Origin: an uncultured Chloroflexia bacterium
GTDB lineage: Bacteria; Chloroflexota; Limnocylindria; QHBO01
DNA: 64,000 nucleotides
Reading direction: 5' to 3'
NCBI GenBank assembly: GCA_963773695.1
Contig: CAVZCE010000001.1
Coordinates: forward strand, 36,471 to 100,470
The notes under the pieces are model-generated. The model worked only from the letters and a program-made list of their open reading frames with translations. It ran no database searches and was not told the origin of the DNA. The first letter of the stretch is position 1. Every line of letters begins with the position of its first letter. This document shows, piece after piece, positions 21,501 through 30,087 of the stretch. Made by a program: the position numbers and the translations under genes.

Positions 21501-21949
21501 CCCCGCGCCTCCTCCGCCTCGATCCGGGCGAGCTTCTCCAGGCGCCGCACGTGGCGGCCGCCCTGGAACTCCGCCGCCAGGAACTCGCGGACGCAGGCGC
21601 GCGCGACCTCCACGCCGATCACCCGCTGCCCCATGGCCAGGATGTTCGCGTCGTTGTGCTCCCGGCCCAGGCGGGCGGCCACCGGATCGGCCGCCTCGAC
21701 GCAGCGGATCCCGCGGATCTTGTTGGCGACGATCGCCTCCCCGGTGCCGCTCCCGCCCAGGACGATGCCGCGCTCGTACTCGCCACGCGCCACGGCGCGG
21801 GCCACGGGGGCGATGAAGTCGGGATAGTCGACCGGGTCGGACGAGTAGGTGCCGAAGTCGCGGTACTCGACGCGCAGCTCGTCGAGCAGCGTGCAGATGG
21901 TGCCCTTGAGCTCGAACCCGGCGTGGTCTGAGCCGATGGCGACGCGCAT
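21497..21949 (-). CDS. rpiB: Ribose-5-phosphate isomerase B
   Basis: IGSDHAG, VDYPD, ANKIRGIR, HNDAN, GGRH. Confidence 0.93.
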   Translation of the reverse strand: MRVAIGSDHAGFELKGTICTLLDELRVEYRDFGTYSSDPVDYPDFIAPVARAVARGEYERGIVLGGSGTGEAIVANKIRGIRCVEAADPVAARLGREHNDANILAMGQRVIGVEVARACVREFLAAEFQGGRHVRRLEKLARIEAEEARG

Positions 21950-21953
21950 GGCG

Positions 21954-22562
21954 TCAGTCTACGGGTCCCAGGTACTCCGCGAGAAGCTCCCGGGTGATCG
22001 GGCCCTCGCGCAGGACGCGGGGACGGGGCACGCTCAGGTCCAGGACGGTCGATGCGACGCCGCCCGGCACCCGGCCGCCGTCCACGACGGCGGCCACCAG
22101 TGACGTGTCCGCGAACGCGACCAGGACGTCGTCCGCCTCGTACGTCTCCGGCTCGCCGGAGCGGTTGGCGGAGGTGACCGCCAGCGGCCCGCTGCGCCGG
22201 ATCAGCTCCAGGGTCACCGGATGGTCGGGCGCCCGGAACGCCTGGGTCTCCGCGCCGGGGACCGATGGCGGAAGCACCAGCGTGAGCGCGCCGGGCCAGA
22301 GGGCATCCCCGACGCGACGCGCCCGCTCGTCAACGGCAAAGCCCAGCGCGGCCGCCTGGTCCAGGCCGGCCACGAGGATGGGGATCCGCTTCTCGGCAGG
22401 ACGGCGCTTCGCCTCGAAGAGCCGGTCGAGCGCCTCGGCGTCGCCCGTGCGGCAGCCGATGCCGTACACCGTGTCGGTCGGCATGGCCACCAGCGCGCCG
22501 TCGCGCAGCAGCGCCGCCGCGGCGTCGATGCCTTCGGGGGTCGCGGGAAGGCGATCCATCAT
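21954..22562 (-). CDS. tsaC: L-threonylcarbamoyladenylate synthase (YrdC/TsaC)
   Basis: PTDTVYGI, KRRP, WPGALT, TSANRSG. Confidence 0.92.
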   Translation of the reverse strand: MMDRLPATPEGIDAAAALLRDGALVAMPTDTVYGIGCRTGDAEALDRLFEAKRRPAEKRIPILVAGLDQAAALGFAVDERARRVGDALWPGALTLVLPPSVPGAETQAFRAPDHPVTLELIRRSGPLAVTSANRSGEPETYEADDVLVAFADTSLVAAVVDGGRVPGGVASTVLDLSVPRPRVLREGPITRELLAEYLGPVD

Positions 22563-23518
22563 CCGTCGAGGCGGGTGACGCGGACGACCCGGTCGATCCC
22601 CGCGAGGTCGGGCAGGAACGAGACGGCCACCGGGACCGGCAGCCGTTCGGCGAGCTCGCGGACCGGCACGGCCTGCCCGGCGCCGACCTCCAGGAGCGCG
22701 ACGCCGCCGGGCGCGAGACGCTGGCCGAGCTGCGCCACGAGCCTGCGGATGACGTCCAGCCCGTCCGGACCGCCGTCGAGCGCGGCGGGCGGCTCGAAGG
22801 CGATGCTGCCGGGCGCGGCGGCGACCTCGGCGCTGCACAGGTACGGCAGGTTGGCGGTGACGACGTCGGGGAGCGGGAGACGGCCGTCATCCGGCTGGCG
22901 CTGCGACGGGCCGGCACCCTCCAGGAGGTCGCCGAGGGCGATGGTGGTGAGCGGTGCCACGCCGTGCGCGGCCAGGTTCTCCGCGGCGAGCTCCAGCGCG
23001 TCCGGAGAGACGTCGCTGGCAACCAGGCGCATCCGGCGCAGGGTGAGGACGGTGCGGAACCGCAGCGCGAGCGCCAGGGCCACCGCCCCGCTCCCCGTGG
23101 CGACGTCCCACGCGACGATGGGCCGGCGGTCGGCGGCCAGCCGCGCCGCGAGCTCGCGGATCGCGACCTCGGCGAGGAGCTCCGTCTCCGGTCGCGGGAT
23201 GAGCGCGCGGCGGTCGACCGCCACGCGCACGCCGAACCAGTCCTTGAAGCCCCGGATGTAGGCCACCGGCTCTCCCGATGCGCGGCGTGCCGTCCACGAT
23301 GCCAAAGCGGCCAGCTGCTCGGTGTCCGGCACGGCTTCGGGGTGCGCGTGGAGCCAGGTCCGCTCCCGGCCGAAGGCGTGGCTGACGAGCAGCTCCGCGT
23401 CCAGGCGCGGCGTCTCGGTGGCGGTTCCCGCGAGCTCGGCCGCGATGCGGGTGACGAGCGCCGCCGCGTCCTGCGCCGCGATGCGCGGCTCGCCCGCGGC
23501 GCTCGCCGTGGGTCTCAT
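22559..23518 (-). CDS. prmC: Release factor glutamine methyltransferase
   Basis: LIPRPETE, D.ATGSG, NLPY, ALDGGPDG. Confidence 0.92.
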   Translation of the reverse strand: MRPTASAAGEPRIAAQDAAALVTRIAAELAGTATETPRLDAELLVSHAFGRERTWLHAHPEAVPDTEQLAALASWTARRASGEPVAYIRGFKDWFGVRVAVDRRALIPRPETELLAEVAIRELAARLAADRRPIVAWDVATGSGAVALALALRFRTVLTLRRMRLVASDVSPDALELAAENLAAHGVAPLTTIALGDLLEGAGPSQRQPDDGRLPLPDVVTANLPYLCSAEVAAAPGSIAFEPPAALDGGPDGLDVIRRLVAQLGQRLAPGGVALLEVGAGQAVPVRELAERLPVPVAVSFLPDLAGIDRVVRVTRLDG

Positions 23519-24597
23519 TCCGGCGTCCCGCCGGCACCCACCCGCGCCAGGCGCTCCGCCTGGTCATGCTCGGCAAGCGGATCCACCAGCCGGTCCAGGT
23601 CGCCGTCGAGGAGGCCCGGGAGGTTGTGGACGGTCAGCCCGATGCGGTGGTCCGTGACGCGGTCATCCGGGAAGTTGTAGGTGCGGATCTTCTCCGCTCG
23701 CTCGCCGCTGCCGACCTGCGCGCGCCGCTGCTCGCCGCGCTCCTCCGCCTGGGCCTGGCGCTCCATCTCCAGCAGCCGGGCGCGGAGGATGGCGAGGGCC
23801 TTCGCCTTGTTCTTGTGCTGGCTCTTCTCGTCCTGGATGTCCACCACCAGGCCCGTCGGCAGGTGGGTGATCCGCACCGCGGAGTCTGTGGTGTTCACGC
23901 TCTGGCCGCCGGGTCCCGACGAGCGCTTCACCTCGATGTGCAGGTCCTTCTCCGGCAGGGTGATCTCGACCTCCTCCGCCTCCGGCAGGACCGCCACGGT
24001 GGCGGTCGAGGTGTGGATCCGCCCGGAAGACTCGGTCAACGGGACGCGCTGCACGCGGTGGACGCCGCTCTCCCACTTCAGGCGCGAGTAGGCGCCCTCG
24101 CCGGTCACCTCGGCGATCGCCTCCTTGTAGCCGCCGGACTCCGACTCGCTGACGGCGAGCAGCTCCAGCTTCCACCGCCGCCGCTCCGCGTAGCGGGCGT
24201 ACATGCGGAACAGGTCGGCGGCGAAGAGCGAGGCCTCCTCGCCTCCCGTGCCCGCCCGCAGCTCCAGGATGACGTTCCGGTCGTCGTTCGGGTCCCGGGG
24301 GACGAGCCGGCGGCGCAGCTCCTCGGTGAGCTCCGCCTGCCGCGCCTCGAGCCGCGTGATCTCGTCCCTCGCGAGCGCGCGGACGCCCTCGTCGGGGTCG
24401 TGGAGCATGCCGCGGGTTGCCTCCAGCGCCTCGCCGACCTCGCGGTATTCCCGCGTGGCGGCCACGACCGGCTCCAGCCGCGCGAGCTCCCGCCCGAGCG
24501 AGGCGAGGGCCGAGGGGTCCGACGCCACCCCGGGCGTGGCCATCTGGCCGGCGAGCGCCTCGTAGCGCGCCTCGAGCTCGGAGAGGCGGTCGATCAT
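23515..24597 (-). CDS. prfA: Peptide chain release factor 1
   Basis: PxT (VPLTE), GGQ, RTYNFP. Confidence 0.97.
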   Translation of the reverse strand: MIDRLSELEARYEALAGQMATPGVASDPSALASLGRELARLEPVVAATREYREVGEALEATRGMLHDPDEGVRALARDEITRLEARQAELTEELRRRLVPRDPNDDRNVILELRAGTGGEEASLFAADLFRMYARYAERRRWKLELLAVSESESGGYKEAIAEVTGEGAYSRLKWESGVHRVQRVPLTESSGRIHTSTATVAVLPEAEEVEITLPEKDLHIEVKRSSGPGGQSVNTTDSAVRITHLPTGLVVDIQDEKSQHKNKAKALAILRARLLEMERQAQAEERGEQRRAQVGSGERAEKIRTYNFPDDRVTDHRIGLTVHNLPGLLDGDLDRLVDPLAEHDQAERLARVGAGGTPE

Positions 24598-25685
24598 GAG
24601 GGGTCCTGCGGCGCGGGCAGGGCCGCCGGATCGGCGGCATCGGTCCCCCCGGCGGGCGGCTCCTGGAGCCCATCGGAGGCTGCCGCCGCATCGGATGCCA
24701 GGCAGGAGGAGAGCGAGGCGATGCTGACCTCCAGCATGGAGTGGTCCGGCGGGCGCGTCGTGAGCGACTGCAGCCAGAGGCCCGGGGCGTAGATGGCGCG
24801 CACGACCGGGTTGCCGTAGAACCGTGCCCCCAGGCGCAGGAGCTCGTACGAGACGGAGGCGATCACCGGCACCAGCGCGATCCGGGAGAGGAAGAGGACC
24901 GGGAGCGGCACCCCGGCGCGCGGGATCAGGCTGAAGAACAGGATGCTGACCACCACGACGATGAGGATGAAGGTCGTCCCGCAGCGGGTGTGGGCCGTGC
25001 TGAAGCGGTCGAGCTCCTCCGGCACGAGCGGCCGCCGCGCCTCGTGGGCGTGGATCGCCTTGTGCTCGGCGCCGTGGTAGGCGAAGACGCGTCGGATGTC
25101 GGCGGTCATCCCGATGATGGCGATGTAGCCGACGAAGAGGACGAGGCGGATGGCGCCCTCCGCCAGGTTGGCCCCGATGTCACCGGACCCGTGGACGAAG
25201 CCCGAGAGGAAGAGCGGCACGACGAAGAAGAGACCGACCGCGAAGCCCAGCGACAGGATCATGCTGCCGAGGAGCATGCCCCGCCCGATCTCGATGTCCT
25301 CGCCCTCGGCGGAGATGGCGGCGGAGCGCATGAGCGCGCGGGTCCCCAGCACGAGCGTCTCGTACAGGACGAAGACGCCGCGAACGAAGGGGATCCTGAC
25401 CAGGCGCCCGCGGGACAGGGCAGCGGGGAGCGGCTCGGCGTAGGTGACGATCTCGCCCGACGGCGGCCGGACGCTCATGGCGATCGTGGTGCGACCGCGC
25501 ATCATCACGCCCTCGATCAGCGCCTGCCCACCGTAGAAGAACTCGGGCATGCGATAGCGCACGCGGTTGCCCGCGTGCGCCACGGTCTCGATGACGAACG
25601 GCCCGGCGGCGATGAGCAGCTCGGGGATGAGGAAGAGCAGGTGGGGCGCCAGCCGCGCCAGCCAGCCACGCGGGCGCGGGCCCAT
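24594..25685 (-). CDS. DUF1385 membrane protein (start uncertain, 25685 or 25550)
   Basis: YGGQALIEGVMM, YHGAEHK, RCGTTF. Confidence 0.88.
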   Translation of the reverse strand: MGPRPRGWLARLAPHLLFLIPELLIAAGPFVIETVAHAGNRVRYRMPEFFYGGQALIEGVMMRGRTTIAMSVRPPSGEIVTYAEPLPAALSRGRLVRIPFVRGVFVLYETLVLGTRALMRSAAISAEGEDIEIGRGMLLGSMILSLGFAVGLFFVVPLFLSGFVHGSGDIGANLAEGAIRLVLFVGYIAIIGMTADIRRVFAYHGAEHKAIHAHEARRPLVPEELDRFSTAHTRCGTTFILIVVVVSILFFSLIPRAGVPLPVLFLSRIALVPVIASVSYELLRLGARFYGNPVVRAIYAPGLWLQSLTTRPPDHSMLEVSIASLSSCLASDAAAASDGLQEPPAGGTDAADPAALPAPQDPS

Positions 25686-25690
25686 GGGAG

Positions 25691-25897
25691 TCAGCGCAGC
25701 GAGCGCTCCATGCGCCGCTGGAACCGCTCCACCTGGCCGGCGGTGTCCACGATGTTCTGGGTGCCGGTGTAGAACGGGTGGCACTTGGAGCAGACCTCCA
25801 CGCGGATGGACTCGGCGGTCGATCCGACCGTGAAGGTGTTGCCGCAGACGCAGTGGACCTGTGCCTGGTGGTATGCGGGGTGAATGTCGGGTTTCAT
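25691..25897 (-). CDS. rpmE: 50S ribosomal protein L31 (Zn-binding type)
   Basis: [17 protein letters not shown]. Confidence 0.97.
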   Translation of the reverse strand: MKPDIHPAYHQAQVHCVCGNTFTVGSTAESIRVEVCSKCHPFYTGTQNIVDTAGQVERFQRRMERSLR

Positions 25898-25946
25898 TGA
25901 TCTACCTGTGCCTTCCGGGCGCCGCGCCCGGTGCGTGTGTGGGGCC

Positions 25947-26207
25947 CTATGCCTGCGCGGCGCGGACGCTGACGCGCTTCTTGCTGCGGGTCTCGTGGCT
26001 GAACTTGACGGTGCCGTCGCTCGTCGCGAAGAGCGTGTAATCGCGGCCCATCCCGACGTTCTCGCCGGGATTGAACGTGCTGCCGCGCTGACGGACGATG
26101 ATCGTCCCGGCGTGGATGAACTGCCCGTCGCCGCGCTTCACGCCCAGGCGCTGGCCGACGCTGTCGCGGCCGTTCTTGCTGGACGAGCCGGCCTTCTTGT
26201 GTGCCAT
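25947..26207 (-). CDS. rpmA: 50S ribosomal protein L27
   Basis: [16 protein letters not shown]. Confidence 0.98.
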   Translation of the reverse strand: MAHKKAGSSSKNGRDSVGQRLGVKRGDGQFIHAGTIIVRQRGSTFNPGENVGMGRDYTLFATSDGTVKFSHETRSKKRVSVRAAQA

Positions 26208-26213
26208 GGCTGG

Positions 26214-26843
26214 CTACTCCTCCTTGGCCGGTGCGGCCTTTGACCGGGGCCGGCGCGCCTTCGGCTTCGCCGGCTCGGCGGCCTTCTCTGCGGCCGCCTT
26301 CTTCGAGGCCGATGTCGAGGCCGATGTCGACCGCGCGCGAGCCCGCGGCTTCTTCTCCGCCGGCGTGGACGGCTCGGCCGTCTCCGACGGCTCCTCGGCC
26401 TTCTCTGCGGGGGTGCCGGCACGCGCGCGGCTCCGCCGCGCGGGCTTCGCCTCTGCCTGCGCCGGCCCGGCGGCCTTCGCGCGGGCGGCCTTGGGCGTCT
26501 TCTCCGGAACCTCCGCGCTGACGGTCTTGCCGTCGGCGCTGATGGAGTCGATCCGGACCCGGGTCAGGTGCTGGCGGTGACCGGTGCGGCGCCGGTACTT
26601 CACCTTCTGCTTGAACTTGAAGACGACGATCTTCTCGCCGAGCTCCTCGCCCAGGACGGTGGCGCGCACCGAGGCGCCGCTGACCGTCGGGGTGCCCACG
26701 GTCACCGATTCGCCGTCGCCGATGAGCAGGACGCGGTCAAAGGTGATCGAGCTCCCGGGCTCGCCCGCGAGCTTCTCGACGACGAGGGTGGAGCCGGCCT
26801 CGACACGGTATTGCTTCCCGCCGGTCGTGAGGACGGCGTACAT
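26214..26843 (-). CDS. rplU: 50S ribosomal protein L21 with a long Ala/Lys-rich tail
   Basis: MYAV..TGGKQYRV, GHRQ. Confidence 0.96.
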   Translation of the reverse strand: MYAVLTTGGKQYRVEAGSTLVVEKLAGEPGSSITFDRVLLIGDGESVTVGTPTVSGASVRATVLGEELGEKIVVFKFKQKVKYRRRTGHRQHLTRVRIDSISADGKTVSAEVPEKTPKAARAKAAGPAQAEAKPARRSRARAGTPAEKAEEPSETAEPSTPAEKKPRARARSTSASTSASKKAAAEKAAEPAKPKARRPRSKAAPAKEE

Positions 26844-26938
26844 GGTCAATCTCCGTAGGTTGCGATCGGGGGCGGCGGGCTGGCTACTGCCCGACGCACA
26901 GCGAAGCGGGCCGACGAACAGCCCGCGGGGTGAGGAGT

Positions 26939-27655
26939 CTACCGGGCGATCGGAGGGGTGTCAACGAAGAGGAGCCTCGTCCGCACCGTGCGCCGGATTC
27001 GCAGCGGGACGTCGAGCGCGTGGATCACGTCCTCCGGGCGACCCGCGCCGGTCGAGTCGTGGCGCAGCACGATGCGCAGCACCGCGCCGTGCTCCTCCGG
27101 GTCGACGGACATCACCTCCACGTCCTCGATGTAGGGACGCAGGTCTCGCTGGCCGACGTCGGACCGCCGCTGCGTCTCCCCGCGGCGCCGCATGCCGGGC
27201 AGACGCGGTCGCGCCAGGAGCCGGACGACGGCACCGCGCAGCTCCTCCTCGCTGGTGTCGCCCTGGGTCCGGACGGTCACCTCGTACTCCGCGCCGCGGA
27301 CCTGCGAGGCGGCGGACGCGTATCCGTGCCACACCTCGCGGGCGTCGACGAGGGCGAGGCCCTCCGGGAGCAGGGCCGCGGCGGCGCGAATCCGCTCGAT
27401 CGGCACCAGCTCGTCGAAGTACGCCTCCAGGATCTCCCCGCGCAGCTCCATGGCCAGCGGCAGGTTGGAGGCGATCTGCAGCCGGGGCCGCGGCCGCTTC
27501 GCGTTGCTCTCGGAGAGCGGCAGGCCCGCCTCGCGGAACGCCTGCTCCCACGCCTCCAGCACCTGCTGCTGCCGGAACCGGAGCAGGGGGTCAGTGCGGC
27601 TGAAGAGCAGCTGCCACCGCTGACGCGGCGGCTGGTCCGTGCGTCGTGTCGTCAT
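26939..27655 (-). CDS. TIGR03936/DUF2344-like radical SAM-linked protein
   Basis: W..AFR.AGLPL..S....PRPRL.IA..LP, R.EDV. Confidence 0.75.
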   Translation of the reverse strand: MTTRRTDQPPRQRWQLLFSRTDPLLRFRQQQVLEAWEQAFREAGLPLSESNAKRPRPRLQIASNLPLAMELRGEILEAYFDELVPIERIRAAAALLPEGLALVDAREVWHGYASAASQVRGAEYEVTVRTQGDTSEEELRGAVVRLLARPRLPGMRRRGETQRRSDVGQRDLRPYIEDVEVMSVDPEEHGAVLRIVLRHDSTGAGRPEDVIHALDVPLRIRRTVRTRLLFVDTPPIAR

Positions 27656-27740
27656 GCGAACGATCATGGTAGCCGCCGCGCACGCGGCGGGCCAGACCCC
27701 GGACACGGAGGCGCCTCCGTCCTCGGGATACCATGGAGCC

Positions 27741-28931
27741 GTGACCGAGGTGCTGAACGCCGCGCGCCGCCACCGGCTGGGCCTCTTCACCCTCGCCGCG
27801 CTCATCGCGCTCGCCTGGGTCGTCTGGAGCGCGCGCGATGCGCTGCCGGCCTTCGCCATCGGTGCGGCGCTCGCCTTCGTGCTCGATCCGCCGGTCACCT
27901 GGCTCGAGCGTGCCCGGGTGCCGCGCTGGGCCGGCGTGCTGCTCATGTACGCGGTCACCATCGGCGTCATCTGGGTCCTGATCGCGTTCGCCATCCCGCC
28001 CATCGCCGCCCAGACGAGCGACTTCATCAACAGCCTGCCGCGGCTCCTGAACTCGGTCGCCGACGTCGAGCGCGGGATCGCCAGCTGGTACGCCTCCCTG
28101 CCCATCCCGGCCGACGTCCGCACCTTCATCGACAACCTGATCGTGCAGGGCCAGCAGCAGGCCGGAAGCCTGATCCAGGCCATCCTGGTCCCGACCTTCA
28201 ACACCCTGCTCCAGACGCTCACCTTCCTCTTCGGCCTGATCGTCATCCCGGCCTGGCTCTTCTTCGTGCTCAAGGACCGGGACCGGCTGCCCGGCGCGGT
28301 TGCCGGTGCCATGCCCCCGGCCTGGCGGCAGGACGCGGTCTACACCCTGGAGATCCTGGGCCGGGTCGGCGGCCAGTGGGTTCGCGGGGAGCTGGCGCTG
28401 GCCGCGACGGTCTTCATCCTGACCGCCATCGGGTTCGGCATCCTGACCCTCATCGGCTTCAGCGCCTTCGGGCAGTTCACCCTGACGCTCGCGCTCATCG
28501 CCGGCATCCTCGAGTGGCTGCCGGTGGTCGGACCCATGATCGCCGGGATCCCGGCCTTCCTGGTCGGGATCTCCATCTCGCCGCCGGCGGCGCTCGCCAG
28601 CATCCTCGTCGCCGTCGCGGTCCAGCAGGTCGAGAACAACCTGCTCGTCCCCAAGGTGATGGGCGACGCGGTCGAGCTCAACCCGGCGGTCCTGATCGTC
28701 TCGCTGGTGGTGGGCGCCGCGCTCTTCGGGCTCGCCGGCGCCATCCTCTCCGTGCCGGTCTCCGCCATGGTCCGCGACCTCTACCGCTACGCCTTCCGGC
28801 GTCTCGCGGAGATGCCGGCGGACGAGGCCTACCTCCTCACCATGTCCGGCGCGCCCATGACCCGCGGGGAGGAGGCTCCCCCGGACGGGGTGCCGCCGCC
28901 GGACGCCGGCGAGCCGACGCCGCAGGACTGA
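27741..28931 (+). CDS. AI-2E (PerM) family transporter
   Basis: LAFVLDP.V.WL, LP.VGP, QQ.ENN.L.PKVMG..V.LNP. Confidence 0.9.
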   Translation: MTEVLNAARRHRLGLFTLAALIALAWVVWSARDALPAFAIGAALAFVLDPPVTWLERARVPRWAGVLLMYAVTIGVIWVLIAFAIPPIAAQTSDFINSLPRLLNSVADVERGIASWYASLPIPADVRTFIDNLIVQGQQQAGSLIQAILVPTFNTLLQTLTFLFGLIVIPAWLFFVLKDRDRLPGAVAGAMPPAWRQDAVYTLEILGRVGGQWVRGELALAATVFILTAIGFGILTLIGFSAFGQFTLTLALIAGILEWLPVVGPMIAGIPAFLVGISISPPAALASILVAVAVQQVENNLLVPKVMGDAVELNPAVLIVSLVVGAALFGLAGAILSVPVSAMVRDLYRYAFRRLAEMPADEAYLLTMSGAPMTRGEEAPPDGVPPPDAGEPTPQD

Positions 28932-28944
28932 GCGCGGCAGACGC

Positions 28945-30084
28945 CTAGAAGGTCGCCTTGCGCGAGTGGCTGCGGATCGATTCGAGGATGCCGAGCCCGA
29001 AGAGCAGGCTGATCGTGCTCGAGCCGCCGTAGGTGATGAACGGGAGCGGGATCCCGGTCACCGGCATGATCCCCATCACCATCCCGACGTTCACGAGGAG
29101 CTGGAACAGGATCATGCTCGCCAGGCCGTAGGCGACCATGCTGCCCAGCGCGTCCCGGGCCCCCCAGCCGATCACCAGGATCCGCCACACGAGGGCCGCG
29201 AAGAGCGCCAGGAGGAGGAGCCCGCCGACCAGCCCCAGCTCCTCGGCGACGACGGTGAAGATGAAGTCGGTGGTCTGGACCGGGAGGTAGCCCAGCTGGT
29301 TCTGCTGGCCCGCGGTGAGCCCCTGCCCGAAGAGCCCGCCTGAGCCGACGGCGTTCATCGCCTGCACGAGCTGGTAGCAGGCGCCCTGCGGATCGGCCAT
29401 CGGATCCAGGAAGCAGAAGAGGCGCTGCCGCTGGTACTCGGCGAGCGCGTTGACGGCGATGGGCGCCACGGCCACGACGGCGCCGGTGAAGAGCGCCATC
29501 CAGCCAATGGAGGCGCCGCTCATGAAGAGCATCCCCACCAGGATCGCCACGAAGACGAGCGCCGTCCCCAGGTCGGGCTGCCTGAAGACGAGGAAGGTCG
29601 GGATCCCCATCAGGATTCCCGCGCCGACGATGGTCGAGAGCTTGCCGATCTTCTCGCGCCGCCCGGAGAGGAAGCTCGCGAGCACCACGATCATGAGGAC
29701 CTTGCTCACCTCGCTGAACTGGAAGTCCAGGCCGGCCACGCTGATCGAAAGGGTGGCGCCGTTCAGGCTCTCGCCCATGACCAGGGTCAGCCCCAGGAGC
29801 CCCAGGACCGCGAGATAGACGGGCGTGGTGAAGGTCGAGAGCCAGTGGTAGTCCACGGAGGCGGCGACGAAGAAGATCGAGAAGCCGATGCCGAGCCAGA
29901 TCAGGGTCTTCACCGTCTGGCTGATGCCCCCGGCCGCCTGGCCCGACTCGTTGAACGTCGCCGAGTAGCCCATCACGACGCCGAAACCGATGATGAGGAC
30001 GACGTAGACGAACAGCTGCCAGTCGAAGGCGCGGAGCGTCTTCCCGCGAACGTTCTCAACAAAGGTTGAGGAGACGAGACCCAT
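28945..30084 (-). CDS. rodA: SEDS peptidoglycan glycosyltransferase RodA
   Basis: QPDLGT, TDFIF.V..EE.G, PVTGIPLPFITYGGSS; follows pbp2. Confidence 0.93.
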   Translation of the reverse strand: MGLVSSTFVENVRGKTLRAFDWQLFVYVVLIIGFGVVMGYSATFNESGQAAGGISQTVKTLIWLGIGFSIFFVAASVDYHWLSTFTTPVYLAVLGLLGLTLVMGESLNGATLSISVAGLDFQFSEVSKVLMIVVLASFLSGRREKIGKLSTIVGAGILMGIPTFLVFRQPDLGTALVFVAILVGMLFMSGASIGWMALFTGAVVAVAPIAVNALAEYQRQRLFCFLDPMADPQGACYQLVQAMNAVGSGGLFGQGLTAGQQNQLGYLPVQTTDFIFTVVAEELGLVGGLLLLALFAALVWRILVIGWGARDALGSMVAYGLASMILFQLLVNVGMVMGIMPVTGIPLPFITYGGSSTISLLFGLGILESIRSHSRKATF

Positions 30085-30087
30085 CGC

